The notes under the pieces were generated by a model. It did not search any database. It was not told where the DNA came from and was given only the letters and a program-made list of their open reading frames with translations. From Macrostomum lignano (Eukaryota): a DNA stretch of 64,000 bases. The first letter of the stretch is position 1, and the number at the start of each line of letters is the position of its first letter. The stretch spans positions 310,001-374,000 of the forward strand of contig NIVC01000293.1 in the NCBI GenBank assembly GCA_002269645.1, read 5' to 3'. Of this stretch, positions 47,441 through 59,232 are shown one piece after another. Made by a program: the position numbers and the translations under genes.

Positions 47441-49294
47441 TGAAAATTGTATGCAGACAGACAGACATATTCCCACTTGTTTTTCTGTTTTTGGTGAAAG
47501 TGTGCGCACTAAGGGTGGCACAGAAGACTGAACACCCATGCTCAACGAGGCCAGCTGCCCTTCTACCTACTGATCCGGTTGCTTCATGAAGAGGCTCCTG
47601 TTTAAACTAAAGAAATAAGGTTGTCAGAAATCCATACCTGAAATACCTGGGTAAAAAACATGCTAACTTCCTAAGTCATGTACATTTGGATGACATTGTT
47701 GACTTACCGAGTACTTAGCAATGGTTTGTTTTTTCTTAGGTTATACCTACTATCTTGACATGAACTCTAGCCATTGCCTATAATATCTTACGGATTAGCT
47801 AAATATAAGATTATGGAATACAATTGAAATTCAATATGAATTAGGGAATATAAATTTGAACATATGAGCTGACTTACTAAGTATTCTATGTTAAGAAAGT
47901 ACAACAAAATTTGCAGTTGTAGTCATTTTGAGCACTTAATTTTTAGTTGTAGTCATTAAATACTATTAAAATTTTATTATATAAAGTTAAATATACTATA
48001 TTATATTGTTTGCCAAAGTGGTCATTGCATTTGCCGAAGTGGATTCTCCAAATTGTCTTTCGCCAAGGTGGCCTTCGCTGAAGTGGGCTTTTGCCAAAAT
48101 GGACTGTAACCGTTGATATAATATTGCCATGCAACAATGAAACAAAGTTTGGCAACAACATTGTGGCAACATTATGGGAATATGTTTGGCAGCTAGGCCT
48201 AGGGCACTAGTACATAATCCTGACACTGCTTTGGTGAATGGCACATTAGAAAAAATGGGGGAAATTTATTCTAGTACATATGGCGCACCTTCTTGACTAG
48301 GCCTATGGAGCTAAGCCACTTTCCTGACTATTATGGGGCATCGGTATAATATCTGCTTAACAATTAGTATGATAATTCAATAATATTTTGCCCGAAAGCG
48401 AAATATTTATTATATTTAGTAAAACATATAAATTGTAAAATTTGATATGTATAGGCCTAATAACTATAAATATAATAAAAAGAAATGTTAATACTAATAT
48501 TGTATTAATAGGCCTATGCATTATAGTCCTTGAAAGATTAGTATCTGTTGCTTCATTTTATTAAGATGAATAGATAAATTTTATTATTTATTTGTTTGCT
48601 TTTTTTAACTAGAAATAAAATTATAAGCATCAGTATTAAACTGAAAGTCGCGTATATAGGTATTTTAGGGACTTGCAGGAGACTTAAATTACAGTGACTT
48701 ACTTAGCCTAAGTTATTAAGAGCGGATGGAGTCTTAGGCCTATTCAAGTTTTTCTTAAAAATATCGTACAAATACCTAATAAATAAGTTCCCTAGCTGGT
48801 TAAGTGCAGATTAGAATTAACAAATGAAGAAATAAAGAAACGTTACCTTCATTTCAGTTACGTGCATTCCTCTCCAGCTCTCAAGCCTTAAAACAAGCCA
48901 CGGCCAGTCCTGGCAGCCCCGCAGCACCAGCAGCCGTGTAAGACTTGATACTTAAATTAACGGGTGGAATTGGGCAAGGCCAGAAGGAAGAGCGGAGAGA
49001 GAGGGGAAGGCTTTATTGTTGCTATAACTACCCCCGCCCTCTCTGCCTTAGCCAGGGTTCGGAATGAATGTGGAAGCCCTCCCCCCCCAGTGTACACTCA
49101 GCCAAGTACACTCCCGCTCTCCACTCTTTCTGAGAGAAGGCATTGAAAAAAATCGATAGTCACACGCCCGACGTTCCTTGTCCAAGCCCAGACCAAGCGT
49201 TATCGTAACATCCCCTTCCCCCAACGGTCTCGGCTGAGCCAAGGCGAACTAAATCTAAACGTCTGCCGGATTGTATAAGCATGCAGCATTTGTT

Positions 49295-49460
49295 CATCAA
49301 AATCCTCTCCGTGAGACAGAAATCCATCAATCCAAATCCTCTCCGTGAAACAAGACTCCATCAAAAGTAAAAACCAAAATCCTCTCCGTGAAACAGGACT
49401 CCATCAATATTCTCTCCATGAAACAGAAATCTATCGAAATCTTCTCCGTTAAACAGAACT
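49295..49460. repeat. Five degenerate 30-40-bp repeats (AATCCTCTCCGTGAAACAG core)
   Basis: Seen directly. Confidence 0.75.
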
Positions 49461-50232
49461 AAGTCATATTCAAACAAAAGCTTTTTAATAGTTAGAATAG
49501 AGGTAATAAAAAATTGGAGTACATTATGTTAAATAAAGATTTGAGGCAAGCATTGATCTCTTTTGCTGGTTTGCCGCGCAGAATATCCGGCACCGTCTGT
49601 TTAAAGCATGCGTGTGCCGTCCCGTGTGGAAACTGGCCTATGGCATGCATCTGCCTCTCTCTATATCCCTTGGGGTCCTTAAAACTTATCTACTCTCTCC
49701 TTTCTCCTCCCTCTTCCCGTCTGTCTTCTCTCTCCTCTCCTCTCCTCTATTTTCTATCATTTCTTTTCTCATCTCATCTACAATCTCGTCTTTTCTCTCT
49801 TTCCTCTCTTCTCTCAATTCTCTCTCTTTTCTCTCTCCTCTCTCAATCTCTCCTCTCTTCTCTCTACTCTTTTCTCTCTATCTCCTGAGGAGAGGAGACC
49901 TGACGAAGAATTTACCAAATTTAAAATATCGCCAACATTAACATTAACTACATTGACTTATCAGTCCTTTCTTCACCGAATCAGCGCCTTAGATTGGTCC
50001 TCTCTACTCATTTCTCCCTTCTCTACTCTCTTCTCTCTCATCTCTCTTCTTTCATCTCTCATCTCATCTCCTCTCTTTACTTTCTCTTCTCTCCTTTCTT
50101 TCTCTCTCCTTTTCTCTCCTGCCTTCCCACTTCATTCCCGTCTCACTCCCCTCTTCTCTCCCCTCTCTCTGCTGTCATCGCTATTCTCTTTTTCTATCAT
50201 CTATCATCTCTTCCTTTTTTCTCTTTAGGAAT

Positions 50233-50649
50233 TTAGGATTTAGGATTAGGATCTTGAGTACAAAATTTGGTGCCATTTGGAGGGCTGGTGCAGAGTTCCT
50301 CCTCAGCTGGAGCGGTGTGTCCAGTAGTTGCAAAACTTGTAGGCAGTGGCGACGCGGGCGCGTTCAAGATGGCGGTAAAAAAGTCGCGCAATTCATTCCT
50401 GCGCTCCTCCGGGGTGTCGTCGGCCAGGTTCATCGCCACGCACTTTTTGCGCCCCGTCAGAGTCCGGACGGCCGTCCAGACTCTGCGCGTCTCTTAATAA
50501 CGTCGGGGCCGGCTGCATTGATAGACCGGACGGCGTCACCCGTGCAAATAGTGCTGGCACCGATCCTGGCATCGCGGGCCAGATCACCAAACAGCGAATG
50601 ACCTCGGTTGGCTCAGACGGCCGCGCCTCGGCTGCGGCAGCAAAGCGCA
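50233..50649 (-). pseudogene. Non-LTR retrotransposon fragment (endonuclease-RT linker, RTE-like)
   Basis: ETRRVWTAVRTLTGRKK...DDTPEERRNELRDFFTAILNAP resembles the W..I..LTGRK...ER..W..F..LLN.P linker. GC-rich sequence resumes at 58184 beyond the foldback. Confidence 0.5.
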
Positions 50650-53600
50650 ACTACGTAGGACGCAGATTGTTGTTGATTTTCAGATGTTTTGACGCAAAAA
50701 ACGCAAATTATACTACTATCTGAAAAATGAAGTAAGTAGTATACAAAAACGCTATCCTAAGCGTGATATATGCCAATATGTAGTTGTAATAATCCATGTG
50801 CTCATATTAATTCCATGTACATTAATCCCTATCTATCTCAAAATGGATATGTACATTATTCCCATGTACATTAATCCCTATCCCAAATTGTCTATCCCCA
50901 ATTCTATATGTACATGTGCATTAATCTACAGTGTCATCCCCAGCGCGCGCGCACCAAAATTACAACTCGAAACCCTACTACATGTACAATCTCATCCAAA
51001 TGAGTCAACTAATTGTATAGCTCACATCGTAATGTATATTTCCAATGTACATTCTCAGAGACAGATTTGAATAATACGGGTCGGAGTCTTTATGTACATC
51101 GATAGCCTCTATACTCATATCCGCTACATACCGCAAAAATTAGGTATGTACATTTTCACCCTCGGAGAATGTAGGTTTGAATATGCTGATAATTTATTCA
51201 AAATCACTTATAAAATACACATACTTTCATATAGAGGCGGGCCTGTACAAACTCTCGCCAAGCGATGGGGTGGAGGTTGCGTCATCCAAGCCTCTCCCAA
51301 GTCAGACCCCAAATGCAGGACTGTGTTGAAGCAGTGCTTTATATTTCTATATTGACAGTGTGGATGATACAAGACCTTTAATTGGTAATTATCAACTGCT
51401 ACTGCTTTACGGTATATCCTCACCCCTCGAAGCCCCTATACTGAATGTTGAATCACCCTTTAACTCCGGACCATAGTCAAATTCAACCCTGTTCGAAAAC
51501 AGCCACCCCTCCGATGTTCACCAGACTCGTCTTCACAGCGCAGACCCCATAGCAAATCGAGCTAAATTTTAACACTCGCCCCTGTTCTCTCTGTCCCTCT
51601 TCTAAATGCCAAGGAATTCCGACCCTCTCTCCATTTTCAGTGTACAGACAGATCTTTCCACAGCACAGACCCTATATAAAACTTCATTCAGCAAAACCCC
51701 CCCTCTCTTCTCCGATTACGTCATCCATGCCGCCCCAGATAGCAAGAAACCAACTTTTAATGCACACATCAACCCCGCGAATCTGGGCAAATCCGAGTCC
51801 GCCAACCTCTACCTGCATTGACAAACCCCAGCTGCATTTGTAAATGTACACAGCCTATGAATCAGTGTCTCCACCGCATGCAATTCTGATTTACTTGATT
51901 CTAAACTTTGTAAGTAGTATAAGTCACCCTTGCGTTTACTAGAAGTAGTGAAGTCCACAAATTTAAATACGTGAGGCTATTCAATTCTGCCTCTCCACCT
52001 CCCCTGCCTTCTCACTTCAAGCTTTCAGACTTGGTCTTTGAGACGGTCGGTTTAATCTGTTAGAAGCAGGAATGAATCATGCACTGACCTCTCCATACAA
52101 AGTAAAGTTGGAATTTCAGACAAGAAATTTGGTTATTTTAAAAGCTAAATGACTAGAAATGCACATTTTTTTCATTAAAATGCAGCTTTTTACAGTTTTT
52201 TTACGATTTTAACCTTAAAATGCAGACTTTGTTGATCAAAATCAGTAGTTTCATCACTAGAAACCATACTTTCAGCAACTAATTTGTCCAAATGTCGCTT
52301 TCAACTTGACCTTAGACAGCTTTTAAGCAGGAATGAACCCCACACAAACATCCACAAGCCAGCCCAAAATCAGCCAAAGACATGGCTATTGAAGCCTAAA
52401 TTGCTAGAAATGCGCATTTTTTTTCATAAGAAAATACAAATTTTCACAGTTTTTATGCATTTTTACGTTAAAATGCAGACTTTATTGATCAAAATCAGTA
52501 GTTTCATCACTAAAAACCACAATTTTAACACAAAATTATCACAAATGCTACTTCTGGAACTCTGAGACAGCTTTGAGCAGGAATTATAATCGCACACGGA
52601 TTACCCGAGCCAGTCCAATTTCCACTAAAGCCATGGTTTTTTTAAAGCTATTCATAGAATTTCTCATTCTTTCGTTTAATAAAGGCCAATTTTCACAGTT
52701 TTATTATTTTCTAACGTTAAAATGCGAAATGCGAATTGATCAAACTTAGTAGTTTCATCCCAAAAGCCATAATTTCAACCGCTAATTTGTCCAAATGCTG
52801 ATTTCAAAGTTGGCAAGAGACAGCTTTCGAGCAGGAATGAGTCACACACTGATCTCCATATGCACACCCCGGCCCAAGTTGGAATTCCACCCAAGACATT
52901 TTCATTGAAAGCTAAATTACTAGAAATTTGCGCATTTTTGTTTAAAGCATGTCAATTTTTCACAGTTTTTACTCTTTTTAACGTTAAAATGCTGACTTTA
53001 TTGAACAAAATTAATCACTTCATCAGCAGAAACCATAATTTTTACAACTTAATCGTCAAAAATGCTGTTTCATCATTCAAATGTATGTATTTGGTACGTG
53101 TAATACCCCTCAAGAAGTCAGGGAAGGGATTATTCTTGAATATTGGGTTAAAACGTACAGTTTGCTATAAACCTAGCTATAATAATTTTAACATATACAG
53201 TCGGCGAAGCGGCCCGTTGATTTCGATTGACATTTAAACTGTCCCTCCCAGACCTCTCTCTCTCTCCTTCTGCACCCACCGAGAAAAGTGACTCATGCGG
53301 CAATCAGCTGGACAGGTTTAGTGTATTACTGAATTGGCAAAACACCCAACACCCAATGGTCATATTAGACTCGTCTTCACAGCACAGACCCATGTAGAAC
53401 AGAACCACTCGTCCCTGTCTCTCTGACCTTACCATTTCTAACTGTCAAGGAATTCCGACCCTCCCTCTCCAATTTCAGTGTATAAACAGATATTTTCACA
53501 GCACAGACTCATATATTGAGCCTCCTCCAACCAAAACCCTATCTTGATTACGTCATCCACCTCCCCCATAGGAGCAGTTAGCAAGAAACAAAATTTTTCG

Positions 53601-56600
53601 ATGCACATATGAACACTGTAAACCATGCAAAATCGCACATCTACGGGTCGATTTTGATTGACAATTTAATACCTTTTGTTGATGCTGCTGTGTACAGTAG
53701 TCTTATTTCCGAAGCTCCTAGCAGTCATCTTTTAGATGTGGTGAATCAGTGTTGTTTTTGCCAACTTTACATCTTGATTCATCCCCCAAATTCTTCAACT
53801 CTGACCATATTCAATAATTTAACCCATGCAAGTAGATTTGCCAATTCGCCAAATTGGCCAATACGAATGGAGCCAGAGGACCCACCCAAATCGAGCCCTT
53901 GTCTCTCTCAGGCCTCTCTCTCCTACACATACCCCAGAAAAGTGACTCATGAGGCAATCAGTTTAACAGGTTCAGTATACTGAATTGGCAAAACAGCAAA
54001 CACCCAATGGTCAATGGACTCGTCTTCGCAGCACAGACCATTTTGAATAAAGCCAAAACACACATACACCCCTATTCTCTGACCAAACCTTTCCATTTCT
54101 AGTTGTCAACGAAATTCGACCGGCCTCTCTCTCAATCCCAATGTACATTTTGACGAAGCAAGCAGATCTTTTCACAGCACGGACCCAGCCTCCCCCAACC
54201 AAAGCCCTATCTCTGATTACGTCATCATCTATACATCCCCATAGAAGCAGTTAGCAAGAAAAAAATTTCGATGCACATATATGAACAATGCGAACCAAGC
54301 AAATCCGCGCGTCTACCAAAGCCAACCCTACCATGTGTGCTGTAATTGCATTTGTCAATGTACACACCCTATGAATCAGTGTCTCCTTCTTTGGAACACA
54401 CGAAGGCATTAGTCAGAAAGTTTGGATGCAATTAAAAACTCTCTCGATACTTTGCGTATAAACGAGTAATCGATTGAATCAATTGTACACTTGACACATT
54501 TAATTACGTGCTGCCATGCAACGGAAAGACAGGATAATGGGGTGGGTGGTCACGCAGCCTCATTCTCTCTTTCCTACTGATTTTTCATTATCTATCAATC
54601 TCAGCTCTTTCCGGGGCAACTCGCGCATGTATGCATAGTTCCTCATCAGATTTACCACATGTTCATTTACATGTGATGTACATATGCAAGCGGCAGCCGA
54701 TTTAAACCTGAGAAATGGTTGAAGTACTCCCCCGACTATGACTAAATGCACGTACGTTCAGTCAAATACAGGAAAATTTGACACCCGTAGTATGAAGATG
54801 TAATCTTCACGAAAGCTTCACATGTTTATCTTTCTCTGTGGAAATGACGATAGTTTCTCAATAAAAATCTGTCATAGGCCCAATATAGCAGTTTAAATAT
54901 TTTCACGAAAATGTCGCATTCTTCCAAGAACTGATTTTTGCAAACTCTACTGTCAGTAGGAAGATGAGTTTTCATAGAGACATTTAGTAAAACATAGACT
55001 AAACTTTCAAATTATTCGTTTACACGACCAACTGTCTATATTAATGGTGGGGTTATTATTACTTTACAGAAAAACGCATGTCCTGTGTTACGACACTGCC
55101 TAGCAACCGTATAATTTTATTAATACATGAACTAGCACTCCTATTTTACATTCATTGAGAGGCGGCGGCAGCGGGTGGAGGGTGGCCAGACCGTGACTGT
55201 GCGCAGCACAGTCCCTGTCTCTACTGCCGAGGGTGTTTTGCCAATTCAGTAATACACTAAACCTGTCCAGCTGATTGCCGCATGAGTCACTTTTCTCGGT
55301 GGGTGCAGAAGGAGAGAGAGAGAGGTCTGGGAGGGACAGTTTAAATGTCAATCGAAATCAACGGGCCGCTTCGCCGACTGTATATGTTAAAATTATTATA
55401 GCTAGGTTTATAGCAAAACTGTACGTTTTAACCCAATATTCAAGAATAATCCCTTCCCTGACTTCTTGAGGGGTATTACACGTACCAAATACATACATTT
55501 GAATGATGAAACAGCATTTTTGACGATTAAGTTGTAAAAATTATGGTTTCTGCTGATGAAGTGATTAATTTTGTTCAATAAAGTCAGCATTTTAACGTTA
55601 AAAAGAGTAAAAACTGTGAAAAATTGACATGCTTTAAACAAAAATGCGCAAATTTCTAGTAATTTAGCTTTCAATGAAAATGTCTTGGGTGGAATTCCAA
55701 CTTGGGCCGGGGTGTGCATATGGAGATCAGTGTGTGACTCATTCCTGCTCGAAAGCTGTCTCTTGCCAACTTTGAAATCAGCATTTGGACAAATTAGCGG
55801 TTGAAATTATGGCTTTTGGGATGAAACTACTAAGTTTGATCAATTCGCATTTCGCATTTTAACGTTAGAAAATAATAAAACTGTGAAAATTGGCCTTTAT
55901 TAAACGAAAGAATGAGAAATTCTATGAATAGCTTTAAAAAAACCATGGCTTTAGTGGAAATTGGACTGGCTCGGGTAATCCGTGTGCGATTATAATTCCT
56001 GCTCAAAGCTGTCTCAGAGTTCCAGAAGTAGCATTTGTGATAATTTTGTGTTAAAATTGTGGTTTTTAGTGATGAAACTACTGATTTTGATCAATAAAGT
56101 CTGCATTTTAACGTAAAAATGCATAAAAACTGTGAAAATTTGTATTTTCTTATGAAAAAAAAATGCGCATTTCTAGCAATTTAGGCTTCAACAGCCGTCT
56201 TTGGATGATTTTGGGCTAGCTTGTGTATGTTCGTGGGGGGTTCATTCCTGCTTAAACGCTGTCTAAGGTCAAGTTGAAAGCGATATTTGGACAAATTAGC
56301 TGTTGAAAGTGTGGTTTCTAGTGATGAAACTACTGATTTTGATCAATAAAGTCTGCATTTTAACGTAAAAATGCATAAAAACTGTGAAAATTTGTATTTT
56401 CTTATGAAAAAAAAATGCGCATTTCTAGCAATTTAGGCTTCAATAGCCATGTCTTTGGCTGATTTTGGGCTGGCTTGTGGATGTTTGTGTGGGGTTCATT
56501 CCTGCTTAAAAGCTGTCTAAGGTCAAGTTGAAAGCGACATTTGGACAAATTAGTTGCTGAAAGTATGGTTTCTAGTGATGAAACTACTGATTTTGATCAA

Positions 56601-58183
56601 CAAAGTCTGCATTTTAAGGTTAAAATCGTAAAAAAACTGTAAAAAGCTGCATTTTAATGAAAAAAATGTGCATTTCTAGTCATTTAGCTTTTAAAATAAC
56701 CAAATTTCTTGTCTGAAATTCCAACTTTACTTTGTATGGAGAGGTCAGTGCATGATTCATTCCTGCTTCTAACAGATTAAACCGACCGTCTCAAAGACCA
56801 AGTCTGAAAGCTTGAAGTGAGAAGGCAGGGGAGGTGGAGAGGCAGAATTGAATAGCCTCACGTATTTAAATTTGTGGACTTCACTACTTCTAGTAAACGC
56901 AAGGGTGACTTATACTACTTACAAAGTTTAGAATCAAGTAAATCAGAATTGCATGCGGTGGAGACACTGATTCATAGGCTGTGTACATTTACAAATGCAG
57001 CTGGGGTTTGTCAATGCAGGTAGAGGTTGGCGGACTCGGATTTGCCCAGATTCGCGGGGTTGATGTGTGCATTAAAAGTTGGTTTCTTGCTATCTGGGGC
57101 GGCATGGATGACGTAATCGGAGAAGAGAGGGGGGGTTTTGCTGAATGAAGTTTTATATAGGGTCTGTGCTGTGGAAAGATCTGTCTGTACACTGAAAATG
57201 GAGAGAGGGTCGAAATTCCTTGGCATTTAGAAGAGGGACAGAGAGAACAGGGGCGAGTGTTAAAATTTAGCTCGATTTGCTATGGGGTCTGCGCTGTGAA
57301 GACGAGTCTGGTGAACATCGGAGGGGTGGCTGTTTTCGAACAGGGTTGAATTTGACTATGGTCCGGAGTTAAAGGGTGATTCAACATTCAGTATAGGGGC
57401 TTCGAGGGGTGAGGATATACCGTAAAGCAGTAGCAGTTGATAATTACCAATTAAAGGTCTTGTATCATCCACACTGTCAATATAGAAATATAAAGCACTG
57501 CTTCAACACAGTCCTGCATTTGGGGTCTGACTTGGGGAGAGGCTTGGATGACGCAACCTCCACCCCATCGCTTGGCGAGAGTTTGTACAGGCCCGCCTCT
57601 ATATGAAAGTATGTGTATTTTATAAGTGATTTTGAATAAATTATCAGCATATTCAAACCTACATTCTCCGAGGGTGAAAATGTACATACCTAATTTTTGC
57701 GGTATGTAGCGGATATGAGTATAGAGGCTATCGATGTACATAAAGACTCCGACCCGTATTATTCAAATCTGTCTCTGAGAATGTACATTGGAAATATACA
57801 TTACGATGTGAGCTATACAATTAGTTGACTCATTTGGATGAGATTGTACATGTAGTAGGGTTTCGAGTTGTAATTTTGGTGCGCGCGCGCTGGGGATGAC
57901 ACTGTAGATTAATGCACATGTACATATAGAATTGGGGATAGACAATTTGGGATAGGGATTAATGTACATGGGAATAATGTACATATCCATTTTGAGATAG
58001 ATAGGGATTAATGTACATGGAATTAATATGAGCACATGGATTATTACAACTACATATTGGCATATATCACGCTTAGGATAGCGTTTTTGTATACTACTTA
58101 CTTCATTTTTCAGATAGTAGTATAATTTGCGTTTTTTGCGTCAAAACATCTGAAAATCAACAACAATCTGCGTCCTACGTAGT
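50650..58183. mobile_element. 7534-bp non-coding foldback element: arms 50650-53347 and 55231-58183, termini ACTACGTAGG...CCTACGTAGT, 6-bp TSD AGCGCA
   Basis: The arms are near-identical inverted copies (mirrored ORF pairs in the track). AGCGCA lies at 50644-50649 and 58184-58189. The arms contain about 250-bp tandem units. Confidence 0.93.
52060..53110. repeat. About 250-bp degenerate tandem units within the left foldback arm (4 units; 5 in the right arm, about 55520-56770)
   Basis: GCAGGAATGAA...AAAATGCAGACTTT...GATCAAAATCAGTAGTTTCATCACT recurs. The extra 252-bp unit in the right arm runs 56093-56344. Confidence 0.85.
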
Positions 58184-58700
58184 AGCGCAGCACACCAGGG
58201 ACACGCAGAGGTCGGCGTGGTGCGGCCAGGCGCCTGTTGCCCCCAGTCCCTGCTATTTCAACTATGGATCTGCCAGGTGCTAATTCTCTACCCTGCTTCA
58301 TTGCACATGACCTGACACATTTAGTTGCTCGCAGGGATGAAGAGGCTGACAATATCTGTTCACCTGACCTGCAGCCATTCAACAGCACTGAAGGGGCAAC
58401 TTGGAGCCGCTAAAGGCCAGAGAGCAGCAGGCAATACCGATATCATCGCTCAGTGCGCTGCAATAGTCTGCCGCCAAAAAATCAGCTTCCGACGACAGAT
58501 GTCCAGACAGAAACAGAAAGCAACTGAATAGCTAGCCGTCCGGATGCAGAAGACGGTCAGGTGATGTGTTGCAGCCGCAGCATGGGCTGGACCAACGTGG
58601 ACATTGCGTGCTAATCACAAAGTACTCCGTATTGTCTGACGCCTGGCACTTGACGATGCAACTGTAATGCTGTGCCTTGTGGCCCTTTGGATCACCCAAT
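58184..58700 (-). pseudogene. Possible heavily decayed APE endonuclease region of the same LINE
   Basis: GC-rich with weak similarity (SGRLAIQLLSV...FF) and many stops. It is contiguous with 50233-50649 once the foldback is removed. Confidence 0.3.
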
Positions 58701-59232
58701 GTAATGGCCTGTGGATCCCTTTCTCCTTGATGACTACTGCTGTTGCCTACTACTTTCTCTGTCTGTCCTCAATAGCCTGCACGGCCGGTAGCTGGCCTGA
58801 GTGGTCTAGCCCCTACCCCTACCCCTGGCCTACCCCTCTTAGTCTCTACAGAGTACAATTAGATATTAAACCGAGTGTTGGTAGTTGGGTTGCTGCCACC
58901 TTGTAGGTCTACAGGTGATATCCTCGACAGGTTATCCCTAAGTAGGCCTACTGATAAGTAGAAAATAAATAAGACAAACAAGTCAGTAAAGCGTTTATTA
59001 ATGTGAATAACGGTCACAGGCCGATCCTAAATTATCGTTTGTAGCTCCGCTGGTGTCGCAGTAACAAGCCTTAAACCCTATTAGGTATCACTGATGTTGC
59101 CCAAACAGCGTAGGTTGTAGGCCGCGAGACCGGGTACAGACGGTGTCGAAGGTCTTGCGAGCTGATGACACAAAAGACCTGCGGCAGTCTTAAGAGCAAA
59201 TGGCAGCTGCAACAAAGGTTTGTTAGCAGGTT

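Larger units (their letters stand above)
45999..48111 (+). mobile_element. Non-autonomous MULE/Mutator derivative, 2113 bp
   Basis: Imperfect about 100-bp TIRs (...CCATTTTGGCAAAAG.CCACTTC.GCGAAGGCCAC), 8-bp TSD GTTGATAT, and MULE C-terminal remnant SVRT..GWHRRLNTHAQRGQLPFYLLIRLLHEEA (47495-47596). Confidence 0.85.

Noticed and set aside
50798-58035. Mirrored short ORFs in the foldback arms
   Set aside because: AT-rich, no domains, and duplicated only because of the inverted repeat.
50651-58182. Alternative foldback boundary with a palindromic TACGTA TSD
   Set aside because: It leaves the further AC/GT inverted match and the exact AGCGCA direct repeat unexplained.
58931-58940. GTTATCCCTA as an I-SceI site or vector contamination
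   Set aside because: Only 10 of the 18 bp are present and there is no other vector sequence.
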